Shown piece by piece: positions 1 through 7,752 of a stretch of DNA of 54,690 nt. The DNA comes from an uncultured euryarchaeote. GTDB lineage: Archaea; Thermoplasmatota; Poseidoniia; Poseidoniales; Poseidoniaceae. A model generated the notes under the pieces. It did no database searches and was not told the origin of the DNA. It saw only the letters and a program-made list of their open reading frames with translations. How positions within the stretch are numbered: position 1 is the stretch's first letter; the number at the start of each line of letters is the position of its first letter. The DNA is taken from assembly GCA_937911345.1 (NCBI GenBank), contig CALDPP010000186.1:1-54690 (forward strand), read 5' to 3'. Made by a program: the position numbers and the translations under genes.

Positions 1-75
1 GCCCGCTTGGTGTAGAGGTTATCATGCAGGATTGTCATTCCTGCGACCCGGGTTCAATTCCCGGAGCGGGCGCCA
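1..75 (+). tRNA. tRNA-Asp (anticodon GTC), 3' CCA encoded
   Basis: 7-bp acceptor stem gcccgct/agcgggc. Anticodon stem cagga/tcctg with loop ttGTCat. T arm ccggg-ttcaatt-cccgg. Discriminator g72, then cca at 73-75. Confidence 0.9.
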
Positions 76-163
76 AACGCCAAACTCTGTAGTAGCGCAG
101 TTCCTCAGGCGCGACAAACAGATTAAGAAAGGAAGACTATTCGGATAGGTTGAGTTGGGAGAT

Positions 164-313
164 ATGGTTGAACTAATCGATTACAAATGTGCCACATGTG
201 GAAGTATAGAATCATTCCACAGAGAGCGTAATGGAATAAGCTGCAAGGCCTGTGGTTCACGAGTATTCATGAAACTCAGAAGAACCGGCACAAAGAAACT
301 CAAAGCCGAGTGA
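164..313 (+). CDS. rpoP: DNA-directed RNA polymerase subunit P (Rpo12/RPABC4 family), 49 aa; absent from the ORF track (under 60 aa)
   Basis: Hand translation gives MVELIDYKCATCGSIESFHRERNGISCKACGSRVFMKLRRTGTKKLKAE*. It has a CxxC...CxxC zinc ribbon followed by a basic tail, the size and pattern typical of archaeal RpoP. ATG at 164, TGA at 311-313. Confidence 0.8.
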   Translation: MVELIDYKCATCGSIESFHRERNGISCKACGSRVFMKLRRTGTKKLKAE

Positions 314-358
314 TTGCCCCACGGATAGTTCAAAAACCGCCGGGTATTTTGCTAGTTC

Positions 359-1480
359 ATGACGTCGTGGTTAGAGTCTAAAGCCCCGACGAGATTCGAA
401 CATCTACTTACTTCAAGTTCAATTAAGGATACACTTAGCACGGCATCGACTGGTACTAATCCTCCTCACCTGTTATTGTCAGGGCCAAGCGGTGTTGGAA
501 AAACTGCAGTAATGCGAATGTTAGCGAGACAGCTATTGGGCCCCGGTTGGCAGTCTACAACTCACATATTGAATGCGAAAGATCTGTCGCGAATGCCCGG
601 AGCAATGAAGATTTTTGAAGAATTCATTCGGCCAAGCGGCTCAAGCAATAGCCTTGCTGGGCTTACTAGCTTAGATATATTCACGGATTCACTTGCAGAG
701 GTGCCTAATGATCCAGGCCCGCCTAGCGGACATGAAACCTTTAACAATAATTCAGACGGGAGAATAAAACTTTCAAGAATTATTGTCATTGAGGATGCTG
801 ACTATCTTGGAAATTTACGGCAAGCATATTTACGACGTATGATGGAACAAAGCAGTTTAACCTCAAGATTTATTTTTACCACAACTACTCCTTCTAGACT
901 TATTGAAGCATTACGAAGTAGGGTTCAACACATTCGTTTTTCACGATACGACCGAAAAACCATCGAAAATCGGCTGACAGAAATTTCGCAACAAGAACTT
1001 CTTGAGCCAGCCCGCGGAGTTATTGGAGATATTGCACATGTAAGCGAGGGAAATATACGCAAAGCGATTTTCATTCTAGAACTCATGGGCAAGCGTGATT
1101 TACTTGGTAATCGAAGAAACTTGCAAAACCTCATCTCATCAATAAAAGTAAGAGAAATTCAACAGGTATTAGAAGAGGCGATGCGCGGTAGAGTTCATGA
1201 TTGGCGGTGGGAAAAAACCAATGGCCGTAATGTTAGAACATTGAAAGGAGCCATGGGTTTGTTGGATCAGCTCATGGAAAAGCAAAATTTCGAAGCAGAA
1301 GACATCGTTAATCAATTTCACAAACTTCTAACAGAAGGTAGGATGAATCTCGACGAGATGTTGTTATCTAAGGTCATGATTAGTCTAGCAAAGTGCGAAG
1401 TTTCTGTATTTAGGACTTCACAACCGAGAATTGAATTAGAGCGGTTTCTACTTGATGTTGCCAAACACTCTGCAGTATGA
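359..1480 (+). CDS. rfcS: Replication factor C (clamp loader) small-subunit-like AAA+ protein, divergent
   Basis: Walker A LLLSGPSGVGKT, Walker B region IIVIEDAD, sensor-1 region RFIFTTTT, and SRC-motif position reading LRSRVQHIRF. A roughly 45-aa insertion lies between NAKD and Walker B. Confidence 0.6.
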   Translation: MTSWLESKAPTRFEHLLTSSSIKDTLSTASTGTNPPHLLLSGPSGVGKTAVMRMLARQLLGPGWQSTTHILNAKDLSRMPGAMKIFEEFIRPSGSSNSLAGLTSLDIFTDSLAEVPNDPGPPSGHETFNNNSDGRIKLSRIIVIEDADYLGNLRQAYLRRMMEQSSLTSRFIFTTTTPSRLIEALRSRVQHIRFSRYDRKTIENRLTEISQQELLEPARGVIGDIAHVSEGNIRKAIFILELMGKRDLLGNRRNLQNLISSIKVREIQQVLEEAMRGRVHDWRWEKTNGRNVRTLKGAMGLLDQLMEKQNFEAEDIVNQFHKLLTEGRMNLDEMLLSKVMISLAKCEVSVFRTSQPRIELERFLLDVAKHSAV

Positions 1481-1522
1481 GTCAATCGGAATACTCTTGA
1501 TAGCACGACCATTGGCAAGGCC

Positions 1523-1596
1523 GGGCGCGTAGCACAGCTGGATAATGCGTCGGCCTCCTAAGCCGAAGATCGCGGGTTCGAATCCTGCCGCGCCCG
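1523..1596 (+). tRNA. tRNA-Arg (anticodon CCT)
   Basis: Acceptor stem gggcgcg/cgcgccc. Anticodon stem tcggc/gccga with loop ctCCTaa. T arm gcggg-ttcgaat-cctgc. Discriminator g; no encoded CCA. Confidence 0.9.
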
Positions 1597-1667
1597 CTTA
1601 ACCAACTCAAAAAAGGGCAAAATTGGGCAATGAGTAAAAAGAGAGACCTATTGGTTGCCATGATACG

Positions 1668-3188
1668 ATGGCTCGCAACAACCCCAAAACCCCGGATTCG
1701 GCAATAGAATTGCCTGATCCATACGGCCATGGGTTTGAGAGAATTGAGGATCCGTTGGAGAAAACTCGAATACAGTGGAACCATTTGGAAACAAGAAGGA
1801 AACTATTCGGTAACATTGCAAGAAATTGGATGTTAATTTACTGGCGCTCCATTGTTGGTTTAGTGTTGGCTTTTACAGCAATGCTCGGAATATTGTTTCC
1901 AGATCAAATTTCTGATAAGAACTGGCTGATTATTTTGTTACCTTTACCAGTTCTATTCGCTGTAATCCCCAACATAATAGCCGTTGAATCAGCATGGCAT
2001 GCAATGCAAGCAAAACTGTCTTTACGAGAGCAGGGTGGTTTGAGCGATGGCGTTAGACATACACTTAGAGTGCAGCCAGGCATAGATCGAATAATCGATG
2101 GCCTGAGAGATCATCGTCGGTCAAATTTAGTAAGTACAGTTCTTATTAGTATTGCATTCTCAATGATACTATTGGCCACTGCAACAAAGTCAGGGACAGT
2201 TGCGTGGAATCTAGCCTTATTAGTGTCCGCAAGCACAGGTTTCATCTATACATTCCACGCCCAATATACGAACCTAAATGTCAAACAATTGGGCGACAGA
2301 TTCCCTAACTTAGTATTCCATGCACCAACACATCACCAGACACAATTGGGAAGTATATTGAGTGACTTATTATCGGCTCATTTGGACCCTGATTTGGAGT
2401 TGGAGTGGAATAATTGGAAGACAGAATTACATAACTCATTGATGCCAGGTAATGATAAGAAACAAGCACTTGAGAGGCTATTGTATTTACTCTACTTACA
2501 CAATTTAGGAGAAATTACCGATGCCGACGTAAGAAAAGAGTTTTCTACATTTATCATCAAAGGAAAGCTAGAATCAATCCTCTACAATCAAGATAGCGAT
2601 TTTAATTGGCGTACATTACAGCGGTTAATTTCTCATGCTAATGCATGGCAACCAAGCGCCTTCAATTTATTAGATAGGTTGCAGATTGATTTGTTAAGTG
2701 GCAAGCCAGAAATTTCTAGAGCGAAATGGCGTATGGATGTAGCCCTTGATGACTTGTGCGTGGGTGGGGCAACAAATCTGTTTATTGTGTTGAATAATCA
2801 AACTTTTGAGAAGCGGAATGTCACAGTCGAGGTATTGGTTCCTAATGGAGAGCCGGAAACACGAACTCACCGTTTTGAATTAGATGCTTGCCCCCCTCCT
2901 CGCAATGCCCTTAAATTATCTGCAACAAATGACGAGGATTGCCTAGATTGGATTCCGAGATACTTGCACAAGGGGGTAGTATTGTGGATGAATATCGCAT
3001 GGAACAGAAACTTCTACGGTAGAACCAACATTCAGGTTGTACTCAGAGATGAGTCAGGGATCGTTCTAGAATCAAAGGTTTTGACCACAGAGGTCAGCAG
3101 AAAAACCTCCAATGCGCTTAGAAAGCGTATGCTGCGTCTCGAAAAAGCCCGAGAAATCGGTGAAATGGACATACCAATTGCGGGATGA
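1668..3188 (+). CDS. Hypothetical integral membrane protein (about 4 TM helices) with a large C-terminal soluble region
   Basis: 506-aa ORF filling the gap between neighbouring genes. Hydrophobic helices include WRSIVGLVLAFTAMLGILF, WLIILLPLPVLFAVIPNIIAV, LVSTVLISIAFSMILLATA and VAWNLALLVSASTGFIYTF. I recognise no family motif. Confidence 0.55.
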   Translation: MARNNPKTPDSAIELPDPYGHGFERIEDPLEKTRIQWNHLETRRKLFGNIARNWMLIYWRSIVGLVLAFTAMLGILFPDQISDKNWLIILLPLPVLFAVIPNIIAVESAWHAMQAKLSLREQGGLSDGVRHTLRVQPGIDRIIDGLRDHRRSNLVSTVLISIAFSMILLATATKSGTVAWNLALLVSASTGFIYTFHAQYTNLNVKQLGDRFPNLVFHAPTHHQTQLGSILSDLLSAHLDPDLELEWNNWKTELHNSLMPGNDKKQALERLLYLLYLHNLGEITDADVRKEFSTFIIKGKLESILYNQDSDFNWRTLQRLISHANAWQPSAFNLLDRLQIDLLSGKPEISRAKWRMDVALDDLCVGGATNLFIVLNNQTFEKRNVTVEVLVPNGEPETRTHRFELDACPPPRNALKLSATNDEDCLDWIPRYLHKGVVLWMNIAWNRNFYGRTNIQVVLRDESGIVLESKVLTTEVSRKTSNALRKRMLRLEKAREIGEMDIPIAG

Positions 3189-3267
3189 CGGTTTAGCCAA
3201 CTTTGTCTTTGTATGCGGTTGGCTTATTTCCCCCTCTCCCTTCGGTGGTTTTGTCGGGTGACTTACA

Positions 3268-4887
3268 ATGGAAGCATGGGATATACTGGTTATCGGCGAT
3301 GGCCCCGCAGCATTGCGCTCTGCTGCAGTTTCAGCAAAAAACGGAGCAAAAACTCTGCTAATATCTTCAAAGGCTTTGGGCAATGGAGGAACTTCAGCAC
3401 TTGAAGGACTGGCAGCACCGATTCATGAAATGAACAATCGAGGACATCGTGAAGATACCATAAAGTCTGGTTATTTTTTGTGTGATCAAGATATTGTCAC
3501 GACAAAAACCAATATGGCAATTGATGAGATGAATCACCTAGAAAAAGCCGGGGTAGTGTTTAGCAGAGATGCCAAAGGCCTCCCTATGACAAAGAAAGGA
3601 ATCGGCCATTCGAGTTCTAGAATTGTTGATGCTGGTGATGCTTCAGTCAGAGATGTTCAACAAGTCTTAGAGGAGCAATGTATGAAAAATGGTGTTGTTA
3701 GGAGGGGCGATCAACTACCGATAATGTTAGTCAGCACCAAGCAGAAAGTAGACGGAGTAATCACTCTGGATATGGTAAATGGTAGATTTGTCGCAATCCA
3801 AACTAAAGCAGTTATTCTTGCTGATGGTGGTTTTGAAGGGATATTCAATGGCACAGACATCGGATATGGAATGGATTTGGCCCTTCAAAGTGGCATACCA
3901 TTGAGGGACATGGAATTCATCAGTAAAACCCCATTTGGGGTAACTGATAGTAAATTGACTCTATCATCAAATATGTTGGGATACGGAGCAAACCTATGTG
4001 ACACATCGGGAAATTCAATTTCTGCTGACAATCTTGTTGAGCTTTGTGAGACTATTTCACAATCATCAGGTGCAGTAATTGATGGCAGAGATATGGGTGA
4101 TGACAAAGTTTGGTGGCAATCTGCATTTAGGGCTGTCAAGAGTTCTACAGGCGTAGACATGAACAAGTATACAGTTGGCTTAGAGAATCGAGTAAATCAA
4201 ACCCTTGGAGGAATTGCAACCGATGAATGCGGAAGAGCAGTAATAGGTAGCTGGTCTCGGTGGTTTACTGGCTTATATGCTGCAGGAGATGCAGCGTGTT
4301 CTGGGCTAAACGGTGCAGGCACTCTACCAGGTAATCGATTACTAGATGCATTATCAGGCGGTAGTAGTTCGGGTAACCATGCTTCTGAGTGGGTAAAAGG
4401 ACAAACATTTTCCAATACTGAAAATTTGATTTCTTCTCTAGAATCATGCGAAGCAAACTTTACGGCAAGATTTTCTGAAGAATCGTCGGATACTGTACAG
4501 AGAGTTGGCGCATTAAATCTCAAATTACTGTCAATTGCCGCTAAATTTACCGCTGCGCCAAACAGCTCCGACGACCTCTCAGGGTTGCTACAAGAGTTGG
4601 AGCAGGCGGAACTCTCAGCGGAATCAATACACATTGATCAACAATCTTTGATTGCTAATACTAACTTTGCTGGTTTATTGAGAATTCAAGCCGGAATTCG
4701 ACTGTTAACAGCTTCAGTTAGAGCCTCACTCGCACGCAATGAATCTCGAGGAGTGCATCAAAGAAGCGACTTTTTAGAAGAAAATTCAGAATTACTTCAC
4801 CATATTACAGTTGATAATGACGCAAACATCGGCACACTGGCTGTAAGAAAAGGGCAGAAAGATAATTGGATACTAACTCCTCAGTGA
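3268..4887 (+). CDS. FAD-dependent flavoprotein of the succinate dehydrogenase/fumarate reductase/L-aspartate oxidase (SdhA/FrdA/NadB) family, atypical active site
   Basis: N-terminal dinucleotide fold DILVIGDGPAALRSAAVSA. Family blocks AVILADGGF, GLYAAGDAAC and RNESRGVHQRSDF. By-eye alignment suggests the canonical substrate His/Arg positions are substituted (see finding). Confidence 0.7.
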   Translation: MEAWDILVIGDGPAALRSAAVSAKNGAKTLLISSKALGNGGTSALEGLAAPIHEMNNRGHREDTIKSGYFLCDQDIVTTKTNMAIDEMNHLEKAGVVFSRDAKGLPMTKKGIGHSSSRIVDAGDASVRDVQQVLEEQCMKNGVVRRGDQLPIMLVSTKQKVDGVITLDMVNGRFVAIQTKAVILADGGFEGIFNGTDIGYGMDLALQSGIPLRDMEFISKTPFGVTDSKLTLSSNMLGYGANLCDTSGNSISADNLVELCETISQSSGAVIDGRDMGDDKVWWQSAFRAVKSSTGVDMNKYTVGLENRVNQTLGGIATDECGRAVIGSWSRWFTGLYAAGDAACSGLNGAGTLPGNRLLDALSGGSSSGNHASEWVKGQTFSNTENLISSLESCEANFTARFSEESSDTVQRVGALNLKLLSIAAKFTAAPNSSDDLSGLLQELEQAELSAESIHIDQQSLIANTNFAGLLRIQAGIRLLTASVRASLARNESRGVHQRSDFLEENSELLHHITVDNDANIGTLAVRKGQKDNWILTPQ

Positions 4888-4919
4888 AAGACAATAACTT
4901 GAATGCTCTAGCAGAGGCT

Positions 4920-5357
4920 ATGAGCGACCAGACATTATTCAGCAAAATCATTGCTGGAGATATACCATCACACAAGGTTGCGAGCGGTAATGATTGGTAT
5001 GCATTCTTGGATATCTTCCCTCGTCGTGATGGTCACACACTGGTAATTCCGCACAAACAAGTTGGCAATCTTCAACAATTAAGTGATGAGGAGGTAGCAA
5101 GTTTATTTTTAGGAGTAAAACAAGTGCAGAGAAGGTTATCAAAAGTTTTTGACACAACAGATTTCACTATTTGTCTACATGATGGTCCACTTGCTGGACA
5201 AGAGGTCCCCCATGTCCATGTTCATGTGATTCCTAGGACAATCGATGACGGAGGAATGACTCTTATGGCTATGTGGCCAAATACCAAACATAGCGGGGAG
5301 GTAAACCATGAGCAATTATCTGCTATTGCCGAAAAACTGACCGGGGTGGAATTATGA
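4920..5357 (+). CDS. HIT (histidine triad) family nucleotide hydrolase/transferase
   Basis: Histidine triad HVHVHVIPR and N-terminal FSKIIAGDIPS. The track ORF begins at a TTG (4866) inside the upstream gene. The ATG at 4920 (MSDQTLF...) is the more plausible start. Confidence 0.85.
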   Translation: MSDQTLFSKIIAGDIPSHKVASGNDWYAFLDIFPRRDGHTLVIPHKQVGNLQQLSDEEVASLFLGVKQVQRRLSKVFDTTDFTICLHDGPLAGQEVPHVHVHVIPRTIDDGGMTLMAMWPNTKHSGEVNHEQLSAIAEKLTGVEL

Positions 5358-6988
5358 AACATCCAGATCCAGAAGAGATGAATGATGGAGTACTTGATCA
5401 CCGAGGAGAAGTTTTGCCTTATCTGTCAAAATCTGCTAAGAATATGAAAATGGATATGCTGCTTGAAACACCATTGCCGACCTATGAAGGGGAAACCCCT
5501 GGGTCTTACTTCTGGACAAAAGTAATCTATTGGATTTGCCACCGGATTAGCAAAGTACAATATCGCTCAATAGAGGCCTCAGGAATGGAAAAGATTCCAA
5601 GAGACCGTGGGTCTCTATGTTGTGCTTGGCATACCAATGGGATATTAGACGCATTGCAAATAACATTGAATCATCCTGAGTACTTTGTATTAGGTGCAAG
5701 GCACGACTTAGTTACTCGACCAATATTGGGCTGGTGGACTAGAAAGATGGCGGTTCAGCCAGTGGTTAGAAAGGCTGAATTACTCCGTGGCGGTTGTACT
5801 GAAGAAGAGGCGAACTTCCTCAACGGCCGTTCTCTAATGACTCTTGCATCAGGAATTTCACATGGGTATGGATGCGTTTTGTTCCCCGAGGGAACTAGCC
5901 ACAATAACTCATACATGCTGAGATTTAGAACAGGTCCAATGCGAACGGTTCTTGCGGCAAGCGCCCTCGCAAAGGCTTCGGACAAGAAATTGCCAGTCTT
6001 GATTCCCATGGGACTTCATTTTAGAACAAGAGAGTATTTCCGTACTGATGTTTGGGTCGAATATGGTGACCCAATACAAGTCGAGGATAATGATGTGCCG
6101 CAAAACCTAGTCGATGCAGTATCTACTGGTACATGGTCTGAACCTCCAGCGGATTCAGTGTTTAAACTGAGAGACAAACTGAGAGAAGATTTAGTTCCAC
6201 TAAGTCCAAATGCTTACTCATGGGAAGAGTATCGAGGACTTTTACTACTCGGCCATCTCAATGGAAGACTGGAAAATAATGCGCCAAAATCTTGGCGTGA
6301 GGAAGTGGAACAGGCTAGATTTTTTAGGAACAAATACAGCATTGAATCTAAATCCACAGATATTGATAATTTACAACCCGAGAAAATAACTGACGATTTA
6401 GTATCTAAATCAGAAAAAGCGGCCGAATTACTCCATAAAAATGGATTGGATGGAAGGGATTTGAACACCAACTCCACTAACCTAGCCAAGCCAAAATTGA
6501 GTAAACTACCATTTTCTGCAATTAGAATTAGCCTATTTACACTACTGCTGCCAGTGTTTTTGATTTCACTATTGCCACAAATGATCTTGGGCAGAGTATT
6601 AGGGGACTCTACTGATGAGGGTATTGATGCACGAACTTCTTACCAATTTTTAGCTGCGATGTTTGGCTCTATCATTATCTGGCCGTTGTCCTCTACGCTA
6701 ATGGTTGGGATACTATATTGGCAAACTGGTACTATCGAGAACATTCTAGACATTAGATGGACAGAAGCTTTTGGCACCTCAGAATTTAGTGTGGCACTAT
6801 CGATTTGTATGTTGTGGCTTGCGATGTTCCCGATTTCACTTATCACAGGTCGATTGTTCTCTCTCGTATGGGACGATTATGTCGATTTAAGAGGGTACAT
6901 CCGGAAAATAAAATTGCCAAAGGCTGACCGAAAAGAATTGTTCCAAATTATTGCCGAAATAAAGCAGGATTTGTCCAGTTCAAAGTAA
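5354..6988 (+). CDS. Glycerolipid acyltransferase (PlsC/LPLAT superfamily, Sct1/Gpt2-like H-x-N-x3-D subgroup) with C-terminal membrane domain
   Basis: Block I WHTNGILD, block III FPEGTSHN, plus C-terminal hydrophobic helices (ISLFTLLLPVFLISLLPQMIL, FLAAMFGSIIIWPLSSTLMVGILYW, ALSICMLWLAMFPISLITG). Its ATG overlaps the HIT stop codon (ATGA). Confidence 0.7.
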   Translation: MKHPDPEEMNDGVLDHRGEVLPYLSKSAKNMKMDMLLETPLPTYEGETPGSYFWTKVIYWICHRISKVQYRSIEASGMEKIPRDRGSLCCAWHTNGILDALQITLNHPEYFVLGARHDLVTRPILGWWTRKMAVQPVVRKAELLRGGCTEEEANFLNGRSLMTLASGISHGYGCVLFPEGTSHNNSYMLRFRTGPMRTVLAASALAKASDKKLPVLIPMGLHFRTREYFRTDVWVEYGDPIQVEDNDVPQNLVDAVSTGTWSEPPADSVFKLRDKLREDLVPLSPNAYSWEEYRGLLLLGHLNGRLENNAPKSWREEVEQARFFRNKYSIESKSTDIDNLQPEKITDDLVSKSEKAAELLHKNGLDGRDLNTNSTNLAKPKLSKLPFSAIRISLFTLLLPVFLISLLPQMILGRVLGDSTDEGIDARTSYQFLAAMFGSIIIWPLSSTLMVGILYWQTGTIENILDIRWTEAFGTSEFSVALSICMLWLAMFPISLITGRLFSLVWDDYVDLRGYIRKIKLPKADRKELFQIIAEIKQDLSSSK

Positions 6989-7031
6989 ATCTTGGGTTTG
7001 ATTCAAACGGGATGAGTGGTTCGGGGTTAAC

Positions 7032-7670
7032 GTGACACCCAGTGACGCGGTATCTTTAGTTAGAAAATGGCTTGATGAAGAGAGATTATTTGTCAAAGAG
7101 CAGAACGATCCAAGAGCCCATGCCCACTTCTTAATCAAGTACCCCCAAGGTAAGCAAGGACATATGTTCGCAGTGGTAGTTCCCAAGAATAGGGACCTTG
7201 TAGCAATCTCAAGTATGACCCGAGTAGACAAAGGGCAGCAAGATGAAATGAGCAATCATATGAAAGATGACAAAGATGGTTGGTCTGAATGGATACATGA
7301 AGCGAGATTGCAATTAATTGGTTCATCTGTTGACTGGGGAATACACATGGGCCACCAAGGTAACAAAAAGCCAGGTCCATTGCAAGCATTTAATGTCAGT
7401 CTACCAATTTGGTTTGATGGAGTGACAAAGAATGAATTCATGCATTCTCTGCGAAGGCTTTGGCTAGCAAAACTTGGAATCATTCACGAAATAAAATATT
7501 CATACGGCCCGGGTGTTGGAAAACCGGGGCCAGTCGATGATTGGCAAAACAGTAATCCAACCAATATCGAGCCACCAAAATCAAAGTCTAATCAGCAAGA
7601 AAGCATCGAGGTGGAATTCGATGAAAAGATGTCTTTTGGGACAAGTTTTGATCCATCAGAATGGGCTTAA
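7032..7670 (+). CDS. Hypothetical cytoplasmic protein (GTG start)
   Basis: 212-aa ORF filling the intergenic space, with no TM segments. I recognise no confident family motif. It may resemble small archaeal DUF-type (YbjN-like) proteins, unverified. Confidence 0.5.
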   Translation: MTPSDAVSLVRKWLDEERLFVKEQNDPRAHAHFLIKYPQGKQGHMFAVVVPKNRDLVAISSMTRVDKGQQDEMSNHMKDDKDGWSEWIHEARLQLIGSSVDWGIHMGHQGNKKPGPLQAFNVSLPIWFDGVTKNEFMHSLRRLWLAKLGIIHEIKYSYGPGVGKPGPVDDWQNSNPTNIEPPKSKSNQQESIEVEFDEKMSFGTSFDPSEWA

Positions 7671-7752
7671 CCCAATTTTGAAAATATGACCTGAAAGGGT
7701 CGTTATTAAGTACCATGAAAACATGGTTTATGTGTTGTAAGAGGGATAGTCT

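Noticed and set aside
1-1596. Two tRNA genes (Asp, Arg) bracketing two genes, a possible integrated-element signature
   Set aside because: The bracketed genes are housekeeping (rpoP, RFC-like). I saw no integrase, direct repeat of a tRNA 3' end, or other mobile-element gene anywhere in the window.
3195-3224. 7-bp inverted repeat agccaac…gttggct followed by a T-rich stretch after the 506-aa gene; a possible terminator
   Set aside because: The stem is short with a 16-nt loop. Archaeal termination mainly uses oligo-T tracts and does not need hairpins, so this is too weak to call as a feature.
4197-4634. 145-aa antisense ORF inside the flavoprotein gene. Similar antisense ORFs occur at 14756-15112, 17472-17864, 18264-18644, 22474-22854, 32403-32780, 32846-33223, 47781-48131 and 49300-49674.
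   Set aside because: All are nested in or opposite to longer ORFs with clear family motifs, and none shows a recognisable motif or a plausible RBS.
7711-7728. Perfect 6-bp palindrome accatg-aaaa-catggt upstream of the giant surface-protein gene; a possible operator
   Set aside because: It is short enough to occur by chance in an A+T-rich spacer, with no second copy elsewhere in the window. Noted only.
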